DNA of 64,000 nucleotides from Chiloscyllium plagiosum (GCF_004010195.1 NC_057719.1:8692066-8756065); one strand, 5' to 3'. Shown: positions 37,944 through 51,505, counted from the stretch's first letter. The notes: generated from the letters alone by a model not told the origin. Translations and numbers: made by a program.

Positions 37944-38682
37944 CTGCAAAGGACAAAAAAAAAAATGCTATTCCTTTGACTTTCTACCACTTATCCATGG
38001 AATGTTGCAATCCAGCATTGATTGTCTATGCCTACTTTCCCAGAGGGCAGGCAAGAGTCAACCATATTGCTATGTGGTCTGGAGTCACATGTAGACCAAA
38101 CCAGGTAAGAATGGCAGTTTCCTTCCCTAAAGGACATTAGCTTTTTTGACAACCAATACTGGTCACCATTATGCTCCTCACGCCAGATCACTGAGCTGAA
38201 ATTTCATTTGCTATTGGGACATTGAATCTACATTCCCAGAAAATTGGCTTAGGGCTCTGGATTACTAGTGCAGTGACAAAACCATTATGCCATGACCTCT
38301 CTCTCTCTCCACAGAGTGTCTTTCACTCAGCCTCTAGAAGCTACTGGGGATGTCACAACAACAATGTCATAACCACTGCATGTGGGTGGGTGAGAAATAA
38401 GAGTTTGAAACATCTTCTTGTCTTCCTTTTACATTTCAAGCCAATGCAGCTTTCACCATCTTTTATTAGCAGAACAATTCCAATTGAGCCCAATTATACA
38501 GTGGAACCATTTCAAAATACATTGAATTTCTACTTGAAGTGAACCAATTACAGCTTCCTTTTGATGTAAATTGGACAGAACCTACATCCAGAAGATGGTT
38601 CATATTCACTTAGATTAGCATCATAATGCTCAACTGATAAATTACCCCCCCTGTTTCGAAGGAATAATTACATCACTGGATT

Positions 38683-39636
38683 ACAGGCAGTCTCCGGCTG
38701 CAAATGGTTTCTGTTCCTGAGTCCATTCGCAGGTCAGTTTGTATGCAAGTCAAATACAATACAGGACAATATAAAGCTTTCGTTCATAAGTTCAGGTAAT
38801 GTTTGTATCTAAGTTATAGCCTTGTGTGTAATTTACCAGAATACTGCCTGGACTGGAGGGCATGTCGCATGAAGAAAGGTTGAGGGAGCTAGGGCTTTTC
38901 TCATTGGAGTGAAGAAGGATGAAAGGTGACTTGATAGAGGTGTACAAGATGATGTGAGGCATAGATAATGGCAGTGGTGGCATGGTGGCACAGTGGTTAG
39001 CACTGCTGTCTCACAGCGCCAGTGAGCTGGGTTCAATTCCTACTTCAGGCAACCATCTGTGTGGAGCTTACACATTCTCCCCGTGTCTGTGTTGGTTTCC
39101 TCTGGGTGCTCCGGTTTCCTCCCACAGTCCAGAAATGTGCAGGTTAGGTGAATTGGCCATGCTAAATTGCCCGTAGAGTTAGATGTGGGGGAATGGGTCT
39201 GGGTGGGTTGCTCTTCGGAGGGTCGGTGTGGGCTTGTTGGGCTGAAGGGCCTGTTTCCACACTGTATGTAATCTAATCTTAAGAAAGAGATAGAGTGGAT
39301 AGCCAGAGACTTTTTCCCACGGGCGGAAATGTCTATCACGAGGGAGCATAGTTTTAAGGTGATTGAAGGACGGTTTAGGGGAGATGTCATGGGCAGGTTC
39401 TTTACACAGAGAGTTGTGGGTGCATGGAATGCACTGCCAGCTGTCGTAGTAGAGACAGATATATTAGTGACATTTAAGCGACTCTTGGATAGGCATATGG
39501 AAGATAGTACAATGAAGGGTATGTCGGTTAGTTTATCTTAGAGTTGGATAAAAGGTCAGCACAACATTGAGGGGCGAAGGGCCTGCACTGTGCTGTACTG
39601 TTCTATGTTGGACATTCATCAATCAGGAATTCCCTG
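38683..39636. mobile_element. Tigger/Tc1-mariner-like non-autonomous relic split by CR1 (about 38832-39608), itself split by an HE1 SINE (about 38970-39280)
   Basis: Left end ta|caggcagtctccgg and degenerate inverted right end atcaggaattccctg|tt. The CR1 and HE1 motifs are clear; the CR1 resumes after the repeated agata. Confidence 0.5.
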
Positions 39637-41584
39637 TTTATTAATACACATTGGCATACAAACCAGGAGCAGAAGTGGATCATTCCCCCTTTGACCCTAC
39701 TCCACCATTCAATACAATCTTGACTGGTCTGATTGTAATCTTAAATCCACATTTCCGCCTACCCCGGATAACTTAGCAACATCTTGCCCAACAAGAATCT
39801 TTCTCCCTCTGACTTAAAATTATTTAAGGAGTCTGCTTCCAACACCTCCTCAGGAAGAGAGTCTCAAAGACTCGTGAGGTTAAATATGAGAAAAATAACA
39901 CAATGATAATGTTGCTGAGTAGTTCAGAGGCATGGATTGGTAATCTGGAGTTGGGATTTCAAATTCCAGCATGGGAATTGGAAGATGAGTTAAATCACAT
40001 GGAATAAAATATTTGCAACATGAACAATGATCAGAAATTTAAAAGATTATGGTAAAAATACATCCGATGCCTTTCAGGGAAAGGAATCAGCTGACTTGAG
40101 CAAATCTGGTGTAGGTGGTTGACTCTGTGCTGCCTTTCACAATGACCAAACAAGCCTCTCGGTTGAATCTAAATGCTGTGGAAAATTGTAACCTTCAAAT
40201 GTAGGTCCGAAGAAGGCAGTTTAGCCACCACCATTTCTTGGTCAGTGAGTGATAGGAGGCACCCCTTAATGCTCAGGCAACATGTTGTGAATGAGTAAGG
40301 ATAACCCACGAAATCTCGGCAACATGAGGGGAGCCAAAAAGGAAATGAATAGAACTGCTAAAAAGAGTTGCCCAGTCAAACGTTTGCACCTTGCACTTGT
40401 CACGACTGGATTACAAGGAACCAACTGCAGAAAGGGAACGATAATTTAGACAGCATGAGAAGAGTGTATTGAAAGGTTGACCAGGATGCACCTGGAGATG
40501 CAACTGACTGTCAACCTCAGTCTGTTGATTAAACGCAGACCAGACAAGCTGATTGGTCAGGCTATCGCTATGGGGAATGCAGCAAGAAGCAGTCTCCATG
40601 ATCCCTTTCTTCAAGAAGAAAGGAGAAATATGCGGATATAGTCCATAGTGGATAAAGGCAAAGCCCCAGAGAGCAAGAATCAGATGGGCAGTAGACAACA
40701 CTCAAGTGAGACATTCATTAACAATTACGCCGGAGCTGGGGATATTGAAGGGAATGAGCTAAACGTAAATATTTTGTCCCCTGACGTCAATGTAATCAGT
40801 AAATTCATACTGATAAATGTTAGTGCAGAGAGGCATAGGGGTGGTCAATAATTTTATAAATCTAAAGGTCACATGGTGCGAAAACTAATTCAGGAAAATA
40901 AAATGCTTACTTCAGCATTTCAGTATGTGAACCAACAAAATCAATTCAGTGCAGACAATTTCCAGATGATATTCTTTTTATTTAGTAATTACTGTCCGTT
41001 TGGTGACAAATCATTTATAAGCATGGGATAATAAAGTTTGAAGTCGTGATATTGATCAGACAACTTCACTGTGGTGCTGGTGGGTTTATTTTTAACTTGA
41101 GGCAGTAGTTTGGATACACAGCTGTCTGCCAGCCTTTGTTCCATGTTCGGGTAATAGCCAGCTGGCAATTCCTCACAGAAATACACAAAAGAGTGGCCAT
41201 TTGGCCCATCATGCCTGTACTGACTGTGTTATCTTCTGCCAGTTGCCGCCTTTCTCCCCATATCCCTGCACACCATTGCTACCAAAAGTAACATCCAGTG
41301 CTCTCTGAATGCCTTAACTGAACCTGCCTTCACCCTATTTCCAGGCAGTGCACCTCCCACCCATGAAAATGCTTTTATGTGCATCACCCTTACTTTGTTT
41401 ACACGTCACTTTAAAACAATGCTGGCTTGATCACGGTTCTTTTACAAGGTTCACCTCTCTGTTCTGTCCAGCCAGCCAGATCTCAAACTTGAAGCAACAT
41501 TGGAATCTGTGCTATGTTGAACCCAAAGCTTGGAAAAATACAATGTTATCATTTTACTCAGCTGTCTGCCATCTACAAGGCACA

Positions 41585-42065
41585 ATCACAGATTCCCTAC
41601 AGTGCGGAAGCAGGCCACTTGGCCCATCAAGTCGATGCCAGCCCTCTGAAGGTCATTGGTCAGGCTATCGCCATGGGGAATGCAGCAGGGAGCAGTCTCC
41701 ATGATCCCTTTCCTGAAGAAGAAAGGAGAAATGTGCAGACATCGTCCACAGTGGATAAAGGCAAAGCCCAGACAGCAAGAATTAGATGCGCAGTAGACAA
41801 CATTCAAGTGAAACATTCATTAACCATTACAACGCAGTAGCCTCACCCACCCCCACAACCTGATCCTTGCATTCCCTATGGCCAATCCACCCTAACATGC
41901 ACATCTTTGGACAGTGGGAGGAAACCAGAGCACCCGGAGGAAACTCACACCGACACGGGGAGAATGTGCAAACTCCACATAGACAGTCACATAGACAGGT
42001 GGAAGTGAACCGAGGTCCCTATTGCGCTGAGGCATCAGTGCTAACCACTGAGTCACCATACCACC
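41585..42065 (-). mobile_element. HE1-type V-SINE carrying a 176-bp foreign insert
   Basis: SINE tail (41585-41654) and body (41840-42065) are separated by a copy of 40552-40728. Confidence 0.8.
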
Positions 42066-43689
42066 CTAAGAGACAGCTAAGAGGGTCACCATGCTTCAGG
42101 CAAGAGAGAGGTCAAGAAGGTAAGACCTTCATGGTGACCTCAGCCAATATGGGAAGTGAACCCATGCAGCTGACAGCACTTTGCAACTCAAGCCAACTGT
42201 CCAGCCAACTGAGCTAACCAACACAAGCCAGGAGTGTGATAGAATTCGCCATATTTGCCGGGGTGGGTGCAGAGCCAAAACATTCAAGAAACCTGACATC
42301 ATCTAGGTCAAAGTAGCACGCTTGGTTGGCACCCCACCTAACAGTCACTCCCTCCATCTCTGATATTCAGTAGCAGCAATGTGTATCATCGACAAGATGC
42401 AGCTTCTAAACCCACTGCCACCACCCATCTCAAAGGACAAGGCTAGCAGATACATGTGGACACCACGACCTACAAGTGCCCCTTCAATCCACTCACATAA
42501 GACCATAGGATGTAGGAACAGAAGTAGGCCATTCAGCCCATCGAGTAGGCCTTGCCATTCAATGAGATCATGGTTGATCTGACAATCTTCAACTCCACTT
42601 TCCTGCCTTTCCCCAATAACCCACCACCATCCTGACTTGGTTGCTGTCCCTCCTGTTGGGTCAAAACTCAAGAACTTCTTTCCTAACAACATAGAGGATG
42701 TACCGACATTGCAGTGGTTCAAGAAGTGAGCTCATCACCACCGTCTCCAGGGCAACTGACAAATGCTGGTCTAGCCAGCAACACCCACATCCCATGAACC
42801 AAATTTTAAAAAAAACTACGCTCAAAAGGTAAAGCTGAAATAATAAAATATCTTGTCAATAAACAATGTACCTCCGTGTCTGAATGCAAGAATATATTTC
42901 CAGACAGCATGAAATAGCAAGACAATTTGCATTAAAAAAAAATCCTTTTTAGATACAACTCTGGCTGCTTCCAATAGTCAGTCAGTTGTTGCCAATGCTG
43001 AATTCAACTTCTTTGACAATCTGTGGTGTGCATTCCGAAACCAATCACTCTAAGCTAGTGGCATAAATAGGAAGGGAGACAATTTCTTCCAACTCTGGTG
43101 CTCTCCCAGAGGTAATCTCTCACTTTGCCTCCTTATCTTTGCTCTCTCAGCTGTTACAATCTGGAACTCATTTGCCAACTTGGCCCAAATCAGAGACTGT
43201 GCTGCATAAATTATAACAAGTTAAGCAGCCGCTGGTGGCCAGTTCTCCTGTTATCAGCATTGGGAAGGTAGCATCTATCTCCGTGAAGGATGGCTGGCAG
43301 AGTGAATGCTGGCAAGAGATTATCAGCCCAGCAGAGGAGTGTGAAGCACAGTGCAGGCCACGGACAGCTGACTTTCCTGTGCATCAGAGAACTCTGTGCT
43401 CAATAAGCAACAAGACTGTCTATTGAGCGGGCATTCTGAGTTGAGCCAACTGCCCTGAGAAGGCAGTTTGTTAGTTAATGTCCCCCCACAATACAACGCG
43501 TGTAGCTCAGTCTCACACACATACCACTGTAATGAGCCATCGCAGATAGAAAGCAGGAAATATTTGCGGTCTGAAGGGTGGCAGTTATGACTCAATGAGT
43601 AGCACTTTCCTCTTGTGGGTGCAAGATCGACTCTGGACATTACATTTGCAATCCCTCAAGTATAGAAGCTTTAGAGTTGAGTTAATTAA

Positions 43690-44115
43690 GGTCATGTAGT
43701 GAGGAAATAGACCCTTCAGTGCGACTCATCGACGCTGACCAGATATCCTAAGTTAATCTTGTCCCATTCCCCAGCACTTGGCCCATATCCCTCCAAACCC
43801 GTCCTATTCATATCCCCATCCAGAGGCCTCTTAAATGTTGCAATTGTGCCAGCCTCCACCACTTCCTCTGGCAGCTCATTCCATCTGCGTGAAAACATTG
43901 CCCCTTAGGTCCTTCTTATATGTTTTCCCTCTCACCCTAAACCAATGCCCTCTAGTTTTGGACTCCCCATCCTGAGGCAAAGACCTTGTCTATTCACTCT
44001 ACCTACGCCCTTCAAAGTTTTATAAACCTCTGCGAGGTCACCCCTTAGCCTCTGACACTCCAGGGAATCCAGCCCCAGCTGATTCAGCCTCTCCATTTCA
44101 CTCAAACCCTCCAGG
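43690..44115 (-). mobile_element. CR1/HER1-like LINE 3' fragment
   Basis: WNELPEEVVEAGTIATFKRPLD on the minus strand. Confidence 0.88.
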
Positions 44116-45290
44116 CAATACGCATCTGAGATGATTAAAGGATTTGATCGGGGTGGACAAGAGATAAACTTGATTTGATTTGATTTATTGTTGTCACAGG
44201 TACCTAAGTAGAGTGAAAGGTTTCGATTTGTGAGCAGTACAGGCAGATCAAAGCAAACAAGGACATACAGATCATAGGCTTTACGGTCTCTGTGAAGACC
44301 TGTAGCTTGGGTTGGGGTTGAAGTTGTGCCGAGCTGGTTGATTTTCCTGCAAACATTTCATCTCCCTCCGAGGTGACATCTTCTGGATAAAGCCAGAGGC
44401 TACACAACACTGATGATGTCACCCGTTTTTGGGCCAGAATATTTGCAAGCAAATCAACCAGCTTGATGAAACAACCAACAACTCTGATCACAGCACTTCT
44501 GGCTGTGCAGTACGCAGAAGGACAGAAGTATTATGGGGCAGGAGGAGGCCATTCAGCCCACCGTGTCTATCCCTGATCACCAGCTTGGCAAACCAACCAG
44601 CAACTTTGATCATATCGCTGCTTCGATAGAGTGAGGCATACATGATTAGGAAATGCACAAAGCAAGATCAACATTATTTGACATTAGAAAGTTCCATTCA
44701 TCAGTCTAATAACTGCAGGGAAGATGTTGTTTTTGAACGTGTTGGTGCATGTATTCAAGCTCCTGCGCCTTCTGCCTGACGGAAGAGGTTGGAAGAGAGA
44801 TAAAACTTGCTTCTTCTGATGGGGGAGATGGAAGAATGGAACAGGTGTTATCTTAACGTTATCCAGATGTGCTATTAGGAAGCAGTGGAAATCCGGAATC
44901 CTTTTTCCGAAGATACCATTGAGCCTTATTCAGGGAAGGGGTGAGGAATTGAAAATTTCAAAACCGAAGTTTGTTAAGCGAGGAAAATAAGGAATATCGA
45001 AGCACAGGAGCCAAAGTGGGGTCAAATAAAATAAGCCAAGGTCTCTCTTAGATCGCAGGGATCATTTCTGCTGGTCGGACATCAAAAAGACCCTGGGGAT
45101 AAGGGTACCAATCTTTTAAGGTCGGGGTGAGGAGGAATCTCTTCACTCTTTAGGTTGTATATCTTTGGAATTCTCCAGTCCAGAGAGTCATGGATGTGGT
45201 GGAGAGATTTTTGGATCTCAGGGAATTAAGGAATATTGCGGGTAGATAGGAAACTGGATTTGAAGCCTCAGATCAGCCACGATTGTACTG

Positions 45291-45404
45291 GATTAGAGTG
45301 GTGCTGGAAAAGCACAGCACGTCAAGCAGCAGGAAAATTGATGTTTCAGGCAAAGGCCCTTCATCAGGAATGGAGGCAGGGAGCCTTCAAGGTGGAGAGA
45401 TAAA
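45291..45404 (-). mobile_element. 114-bp Penelope pLTR mini-insertion (family A) with hammerhead motif at 45340-45367
   Basis: 9-bp TSD ATTGTACTG at 45282-45290 and 45405-45413; minus strand attcCTGATGAagggcctttgcctGAAACATC. Confidence 0.82.
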
Positions 45405-45864
45405 ATTGTACTGAATGGAAGAGCAGGCTTGAGGGGCCGAAGCGTCTACTCCTACTCTGACTTCTCATGTTCTTAGCTTCTTATTCGATGGCAGAACAAA
45501 CTTGTGAGGCTGAATAGCCTCGTTCTGTTCCAATGCTTCCAACTGTTCTCTGAGGAAGCAGACTGAAGAACAGGTGGAGGGGGAGATCATGGGGATGTTG
45601 TAATTCCTCACGGGGTTAACATTCTTACTGCAGAACGCTACCATTTTCAGGACAGACGCAGATGTAAAGAAATAAATACAAGGAATGAATATTCACCGGC
45701 CTCTAAATAAAATAAAAATACCCAGCAAATCAGGCGCAGAATCAGATTTAGTGGATAGAGCGTACGACGAGTTTAGACAAAAGAACACCTCAAAACAGGA
45801 AATTGAGAAAAAGCCAAGGCAGTGTCCAGTTTGTCTCGGATATCTATTTATTGGTGGCAGGGTG

Positions 45865-45887
45865 GTTGCCAGGGCAACGGTTGCCAT
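45865..45887. promoter_or_regulatory. RFX X-box candidate
   Basis: Near-palindrome GTTGCCAGGGCAAC followed by a further half-site GTTGCCAT, in unique sequence. Confidence 0.5.
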
Positions 45888-46704
45888 ATCTGTAATGTGT
45901 AAATGGAAAGGAAATTGCTGTTGGAAGGTGAGCCTCAGATCCGGATAACGAGAAAAATTAGTCTCGCGAACATCAGTCGGATCTTATGATCCTGCCGGTC
46001 TGTGGGAAACAGTAGAGGAGTGGGACTAATTTGATAGCTCTCTCCATGATGGGCTGAATGGCCTCTTTGGGTGTTGCGCGATTTCTGTATGTTTGTTGTT
46101 GGGGGGAGGGAGAGAATGCAATCTTATCGATCTTAACTTTGCCGACAGTTCTGTAGTTGTGTATTCTCTCAGGGGTTTAACTAAAATCAACTTCGGCCGA
46201 GCTTCAGGAGAAAGAACTTGTATTTACCTAGCACCTTTCGTAACGTCCTAAAGCACCTTTTAGCCAACAAAGCACTTTCTGAAGTCTCATCACTACCAAT
46301 ATGTGGAAGATGCCACGCAGAGTTCTGCACAGCAAGTTCCCACAAACAACAAGGCAACATTGGTCACACCATCCATTGTAAGCTATCTTGGTTAAGCTTA
46401 ATATTGGCCAGGGTATCAGGGACAGCTCCCCTGACCTTTTTAGGTCCACCAGAGTAGGCAGATGAATGACCCATCCAAAAGATAGCACTTCTGGCTGTGC
46501 AGCATTCAGAATCACAGAATTATTATGGTGCAGAAGGAGACCATTCAGCCCTTCATATCTGTCCCGGCTCTCTGAGCGTTTTGACTCAGTGCCAATTTCC
46601 TGCCTTTTCCCTGTAACCCTGCAGTTTGTTTCTATATATTTAAATAAATAACCAAACCCTCTTGAATGTCTCAACTGCACTGGCCGCGCACACAGCACAG
46701 GATG

Positions 46705-47535
46705 GGGCGGTGGCTCAGTGGATATCACTGCTCCCTCACAGAGTCAGGGAGTTGCTATTGAGAGAGTCCAGCGATGGTTCACCAGGCTGATGCCTGGGAT
46801 GGCAGGACTGACATATGAAGGAAGACTGGACGGACTGGGCTTGTACTCACTGGAATTCAGAAGAATGATGGGGGGATCTCACAGAAACATATAAATTCCT
46901 GATGGGACTGGACAGGTTAGATGCAGGAAGAATGTTCCAGATGTTGGGAGAGTCCAGAACTTAGTGTTGCAGTCTAAGAATAAGGGGTAAGCCATTCATG
47001 ACTGAGATGAGGAAGAATTTCTTCCCACATAAAGCTGTTAGGGTCAGTTTGTTAGATATATTCAAGAGGAATTTGGATGTGGCCATTACAGCCAAAGGGA
47101 TTAAAGACTATGGAGAGAAAGCGGAAATGGGATACTGAAATTGTATGACCAGCCACAATCATTATGAATAGTGAATCAGGCTCAAAGGGCCAAATGGCCT
47201 ACTCCTGCACCTTTTTTCTATGTTTCTAAGTCTCTATGAGCAAGGGTTCGATTCCAGCCTCAGGCAACTGTCTGTGTGGGGTTTGCACATTCTCCCCGTG
47301 TCTGCGTGGGTTTCCTCCGGGTGCTCCGGTTTCCTCCCACAATCCAAAGATGTGCAGGTCAGGTGAATTGGCCATGGGAAATTATCTGCAGTGTCCAGGG
47401 ATGTGTCAGCAAGGTGGATGCACCCTGGGAAATAGAGGATTACAGGGATGGGATGGGTCAGGGTGGGATACTCTTTAGAGGGTCGGTGTGGACTCGACAG
47501 GCTGAATGTTTCCACACTGTAGGGATTCTATGATT
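46705..47535 (+). mobile_element. HE1 SINE split by a CR1 3' fragment (about 46751-47238)
   Basis: The A-box head is at 46705-46750; the B box gggttcgattcc and V-domain resume at about 47243; the CR1 with its (tttcta)n tail lies between. Confidence 0.85.
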
Positions 47536-47817
47536 CTTTACTCCCAGGGAGTGTGTTCCAAAGCCCATCTCCTAACAGTGTGGGAAAGATTTTTTTCTTC
47601 TTGCATTTCATATTTGTGATACTTTTAAAATTGTGCTCCACAGCTCTCGATAATTTCAGAATTTGGAATAATTTCTCCCTATCTACCCTGCCCAGGCCCT
47701 TCATGCATTTGAAAAGATGCTTTGTAAATTACTTACTTACTGGATCTGGGACATTTATTGCTCATCCTTTATTGCAGTTCAGACTCAATCAAGTTGTAGA
47801 TGATCTGGAGTCACATG

Positions 47818-48125
47818 TAGATTAGATTAGATACAGTATGGAAACAGGCCCTTCAGCCCAACAAGTCCACACCAACCCTCCAAAGAATAACCCACCCAGA
47901 CCCATTTCCCTCTGACTAATGCACCTAACACTATGGGAATTTAACATGGCCAATTCACCTGACCTATACATCTTTGGATTGTGGGAGGAAACCAGAGCAC
48001 CTGGAGGAAACCCACATGGAAAGAATGTGCAAACTCTACATAGACAGTCGCCCGAGGTTGGAATCGAACACAGGTCCCTGGCGCTGTGAGGCAGTAGTGC
48101 TAGCCACTGAGCCATCATGCCGCCC
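47818..48125 (-). mobile_element. HE1-type V-SINE
   Basis: Near full-length, with an (aatct)n tail. Confidence 0.9.
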
Positions 48126-48549
48126 TTAGGTCAGACATAGCAAGTACATCAGATTTCCCTCCCTAAAGGTCATTAGTGAACCAGGTGGGTCTTTTCAGCA
48201 ATCAACAGGTGGTTAAATGGTCATCATTATTCCAGATTCTGTTTTATTTTAAATTCAAATTTCACCATCGACCATGGAAGGTTTCAAGCCCATGTGCCCA
48301 GACATTAGCCTGGGGTACATTACTAACAATTCCAGTGACCTTCCTCCTCTCACACCACCTTCCCATCAAATCCACTAAATCTTCCAGCAAATCTCCTCGC
48401 CAAGAAGAACAATCCCATCTCCTCCGTTCTTCCTCATAACTGAAGTGCCTCATCTCAGGAATCATTCATGTCAATCTCTCCATTCACACCTTTCCTAACG
48501 CATAACGCCTAGAAATGTACACAGTACTTCAACTGAGGTGTAATCAATC

Positions 48550-48826
48550 CCTTCACTGTGGATGCAGGCTCTTTGGCCCAACACATGTCCACACTGACCC
48601 TCCAAAAGATATTCCACCCAGACCCATTCTCCTTGACTAATGCACCTAAACTACACATCCCTGAACACCATGGCCAATTCACCTAACCTGCATATGCTTG
48701 GACTGTGGAAACAGACACGGGGAGAATGTGTAAACTCCACACAGACAGTTGCCCAAGGCTGGAATTGAACCTAGATCCTTGGTGGTGCAAGGCAACAGTG
48801 CTAACCACTGAGCCACCATGCCACCC
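48550..48826 (-). mobile_element. HE1-type V-SINE
   Basis: Head gtggcatggtggctcagtggttagcac and V-domain on the minus strand. Confidence 0.87.
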
Positions 48827-49345
48827 AATCTCTTATATAAGTTTGTCATAATCTCATTACCCCTATTAATGAAACCAAGTGTACTGTATGCTTTATTGAT
48901 AGCTCTCTACCTGTACTGTCACTTTTAATGACTGACATACATGCCAATCATTCTGCTTCGGCACAATCTTTAAAATAGTACCCCTTTTTTCATAAAACCT
49001 CTCCATATTTTTGTGTCAAAGTGCATCACACCTCCAAACTGACCATCACCTGCCACCTCTCTGCTCACTCCACGAATGTGACAGTGCCTTTTTGAATTCT
49101 ACACTGTCCTCCTTGCAGTTCACAGTTCTCCCAAGTTTTGTATCATCCACAAACTTCGACACTGTCTAAATACAAACCCAAAGAACTACTGATGCCATAA
49201 ATAAGAAACATGAACAGAAATTGCTGTAAAAGCTCAGCAGGTCTGGCATAATCTGTGAAGAGAAATCAGAGTGAACAGCTCATGTTCAGTGACCTTTCTT
49301 CAGAACTGCGGCAGCTAGGAAAATGTTGGTTTTTGACCAGAAGAT

Positions 49346-49910
49346 GAGCATGTTAAAATTGTACAACACATTGGTTTGGCTGCATTTAGAATATTGTCTA
49401 CAGTTCTGGTCGCCACATTACCAAAAGGATGTGGACGCTTTGGAGAGAGTGCAGAGAAGGTTTACGAGGATGTTGCCTGGTATGGAAGGTGCTAACTATG
49501 AAGAGAGCTTGAGTAGGTTAGGATGGTTTTCATTAGAAAAAAGGAGATTGAGGGGGGACCTGACTGAGGTCTACAAATCATGAAGGGTATAGACAGGGTG
49601 GACAAAGATAAGTTTTTTCCCAGGGTGAAGGATTCAATAATGAGAGGTCACGCTTTCAAGGTGAGAGGTGAAAAGTTTAAGGGGAATACATGCGGAATGT
49701 ACTTTACACAGGGTGGTAGGTGCCTGGAACGCGTTGCCAGCTGAGGTAGTAGAGGCAGACACATAGACAGATGCATGAGTAGGTGGGGAGCAGAGGGATA
49801 CAGATGCTTAGGAATTGGGCGACAGGTTTCAACAGTGAGATTTGGATCAGCTCAGGCTTGGAGGGCTGAAGGGCCTGTTCCTGAACTGTAAATTTTCTTT
49901 GTTCTTCTTC
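49346..49910 (+). mobile_element. CR1 LINE 3' fragment inserted in a Penelope family C element
   Basis: LYNTLVWLHLEYCLQFWSPHYQKDVDALERVQRRFTRMLPG; flanked by aagat on both sides; the host sequence matches 25370-25880. Confidence 0.88.
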
Positions 49911-50449
49911 AAGATAGAGTTCGGGGAGGGGGTAAGGAGTAAATGCTAAGTGGAGATAGAGGCCAAAGAGAGAGAAGAACAGTTGAACAGACAAAGGAGT
50001 GGATAACGATCTGGCTGGGAGGATGAATAGCTGTTAATGGGGACTGTTCATGACTAACCATGGGTTGTGTGTAATAGCAGGGTGTGTGAGTGTGCACGCA
50101 GGAGGAGCTATAGAAATGAAAGCTCTTTGAAATAGCTTTTTCAATAGTCATTTTCCAAAGTGGCACAATCAAAAACAAGAGGTGAACCTGTGCTGAATGA
50201 ATCCATGTTGCACGTTTCTGGGAATGTGTGATAGTACTTGGCATAAATTATTGAGCAATGTAGATGCATTATTCAGCTATTACATGAGCCATATCTGACC
50301 ACTGTTTATTGAATTAAATACAGCTCTCCTACATCACACTAAGTGCCACAGTGCTCCAGTTTTGTTTTAACATACATCAATGTTTTGCTTTAACGCAGTT
50401 CAAATGCAGCCATGGCAATCCAAAACTAGTGCCAAGCCATTTGCAGTTC

Positions 50450-50481
<32 letters not shown>

Positions 50482-50482
50482 G
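50450..50482. repeat. (GA)n microsatellite
   Basis: Directly visible. Confidence 0.92.
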
Positions 50483-51239
50483 AATGCACTTCCACTTCCT
50501 TGAATTCAAATGCTGGCCTCATCGTAATGTAAGAAATATTTGGTGACCACTTTCTCCAATTAAATGCAAAGTAATCACCTATTAAGCAGCTGAGGATCGA
50601 CACGCAAGGTCCCCTTTTGCTCAAACATATGTTTGAATAATCCATTACATTTAAACTGAGGCAACCAATGAAGCTCAGCACTTAATGAAAAGAATTCATT
50701 ACACGTTACTTTGTGCTGTTAAGAATCTGTTTCATTGATCCATATAATGCAGTGAAAGTGGACCAAATCAATGATATTAAATAAAACAGGAAGAGATAAA
50801 GAAGATTAATGGCTTGCAAGGGCTGTGTGCTCCACAAAATTGGAGAGGTATCTTTACAAGTACGATATTGCAATGACGGACTGACTCATTGTGTTCAGGG
50901 ACACAGGCCTCAGCTATGTAAGGCTGTTTGACAGAAATACCGTCTTACCCGAACATTCAATGTAGTGCTTATATTGACGTTGTAAAATTCCACAGTTACA
51001 TATCTACACACAGGTTAGATGTATAAATTATAGCTCATTCTGCGATGTTGTTTGAGATATACCAAGACCAAGTATATTATTCAGGAAAAACACTCTGAAC
51101 TTCTCACCCTGCAACTCTCCACAGTTTAAAATGCTTTTTCGAACCAGTTTCCTGCACCAAGCATTTGGTCACCTATCCTAATATCTGACAGGGCTGGATG
51201 TCTCATTTTGCTTGTTAATCATTCCTAAGAAACAATGAC

Positions 51240-51505
51240 TAGATTAGATTCCCTGCAGGCCCAACAAGTCCACACCTACCCTCCAAAGAGTAGCCCACCC
51301 AGAACCATTCCCCTACCCTATATTTACACATGATTTGGCAATTTAGCATGGTTAATTCACCTGACCTGCACATCTTTTGGATTGTGGGAGGAAACCCACG
51401 CAGACACAGGGAGAATGTGCAAACTCCACACAGACAGTTGCCTGAAGCTGGAATCGAACCCAGGTCCCTGGCACTGTGAGACAGCACTGAGCCACTGTGC
51501 CACCC
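51240..51505 (-). mobile_element. HE1-type V-SINE
   Basis: V-domain and B box on the minus strand. Confidence 0.87.

Noticed and set aside
37689..37949. ORF-track 86-aa protein as a complete gene
   Set aside because: Only 37772-37943 is exon; the apparent start and C-terminal tail are intronic.
40989..41186. 65-aa minus-strand ORF in unique DNA as the upstream neurexin exon
   Set aside because: It has no similarity to the expected GxTYIFxKxGG...DRPSTRxDRLAxGF...GDxLxLHI exon. That exon and the downstream GRQLTIFN exon were not found in the window.
43345..43372. REST/RE1-like CCACGGACAG
   Set aside because: Only the right half matches; the TCAGCA left half is absent at canonical spacing.
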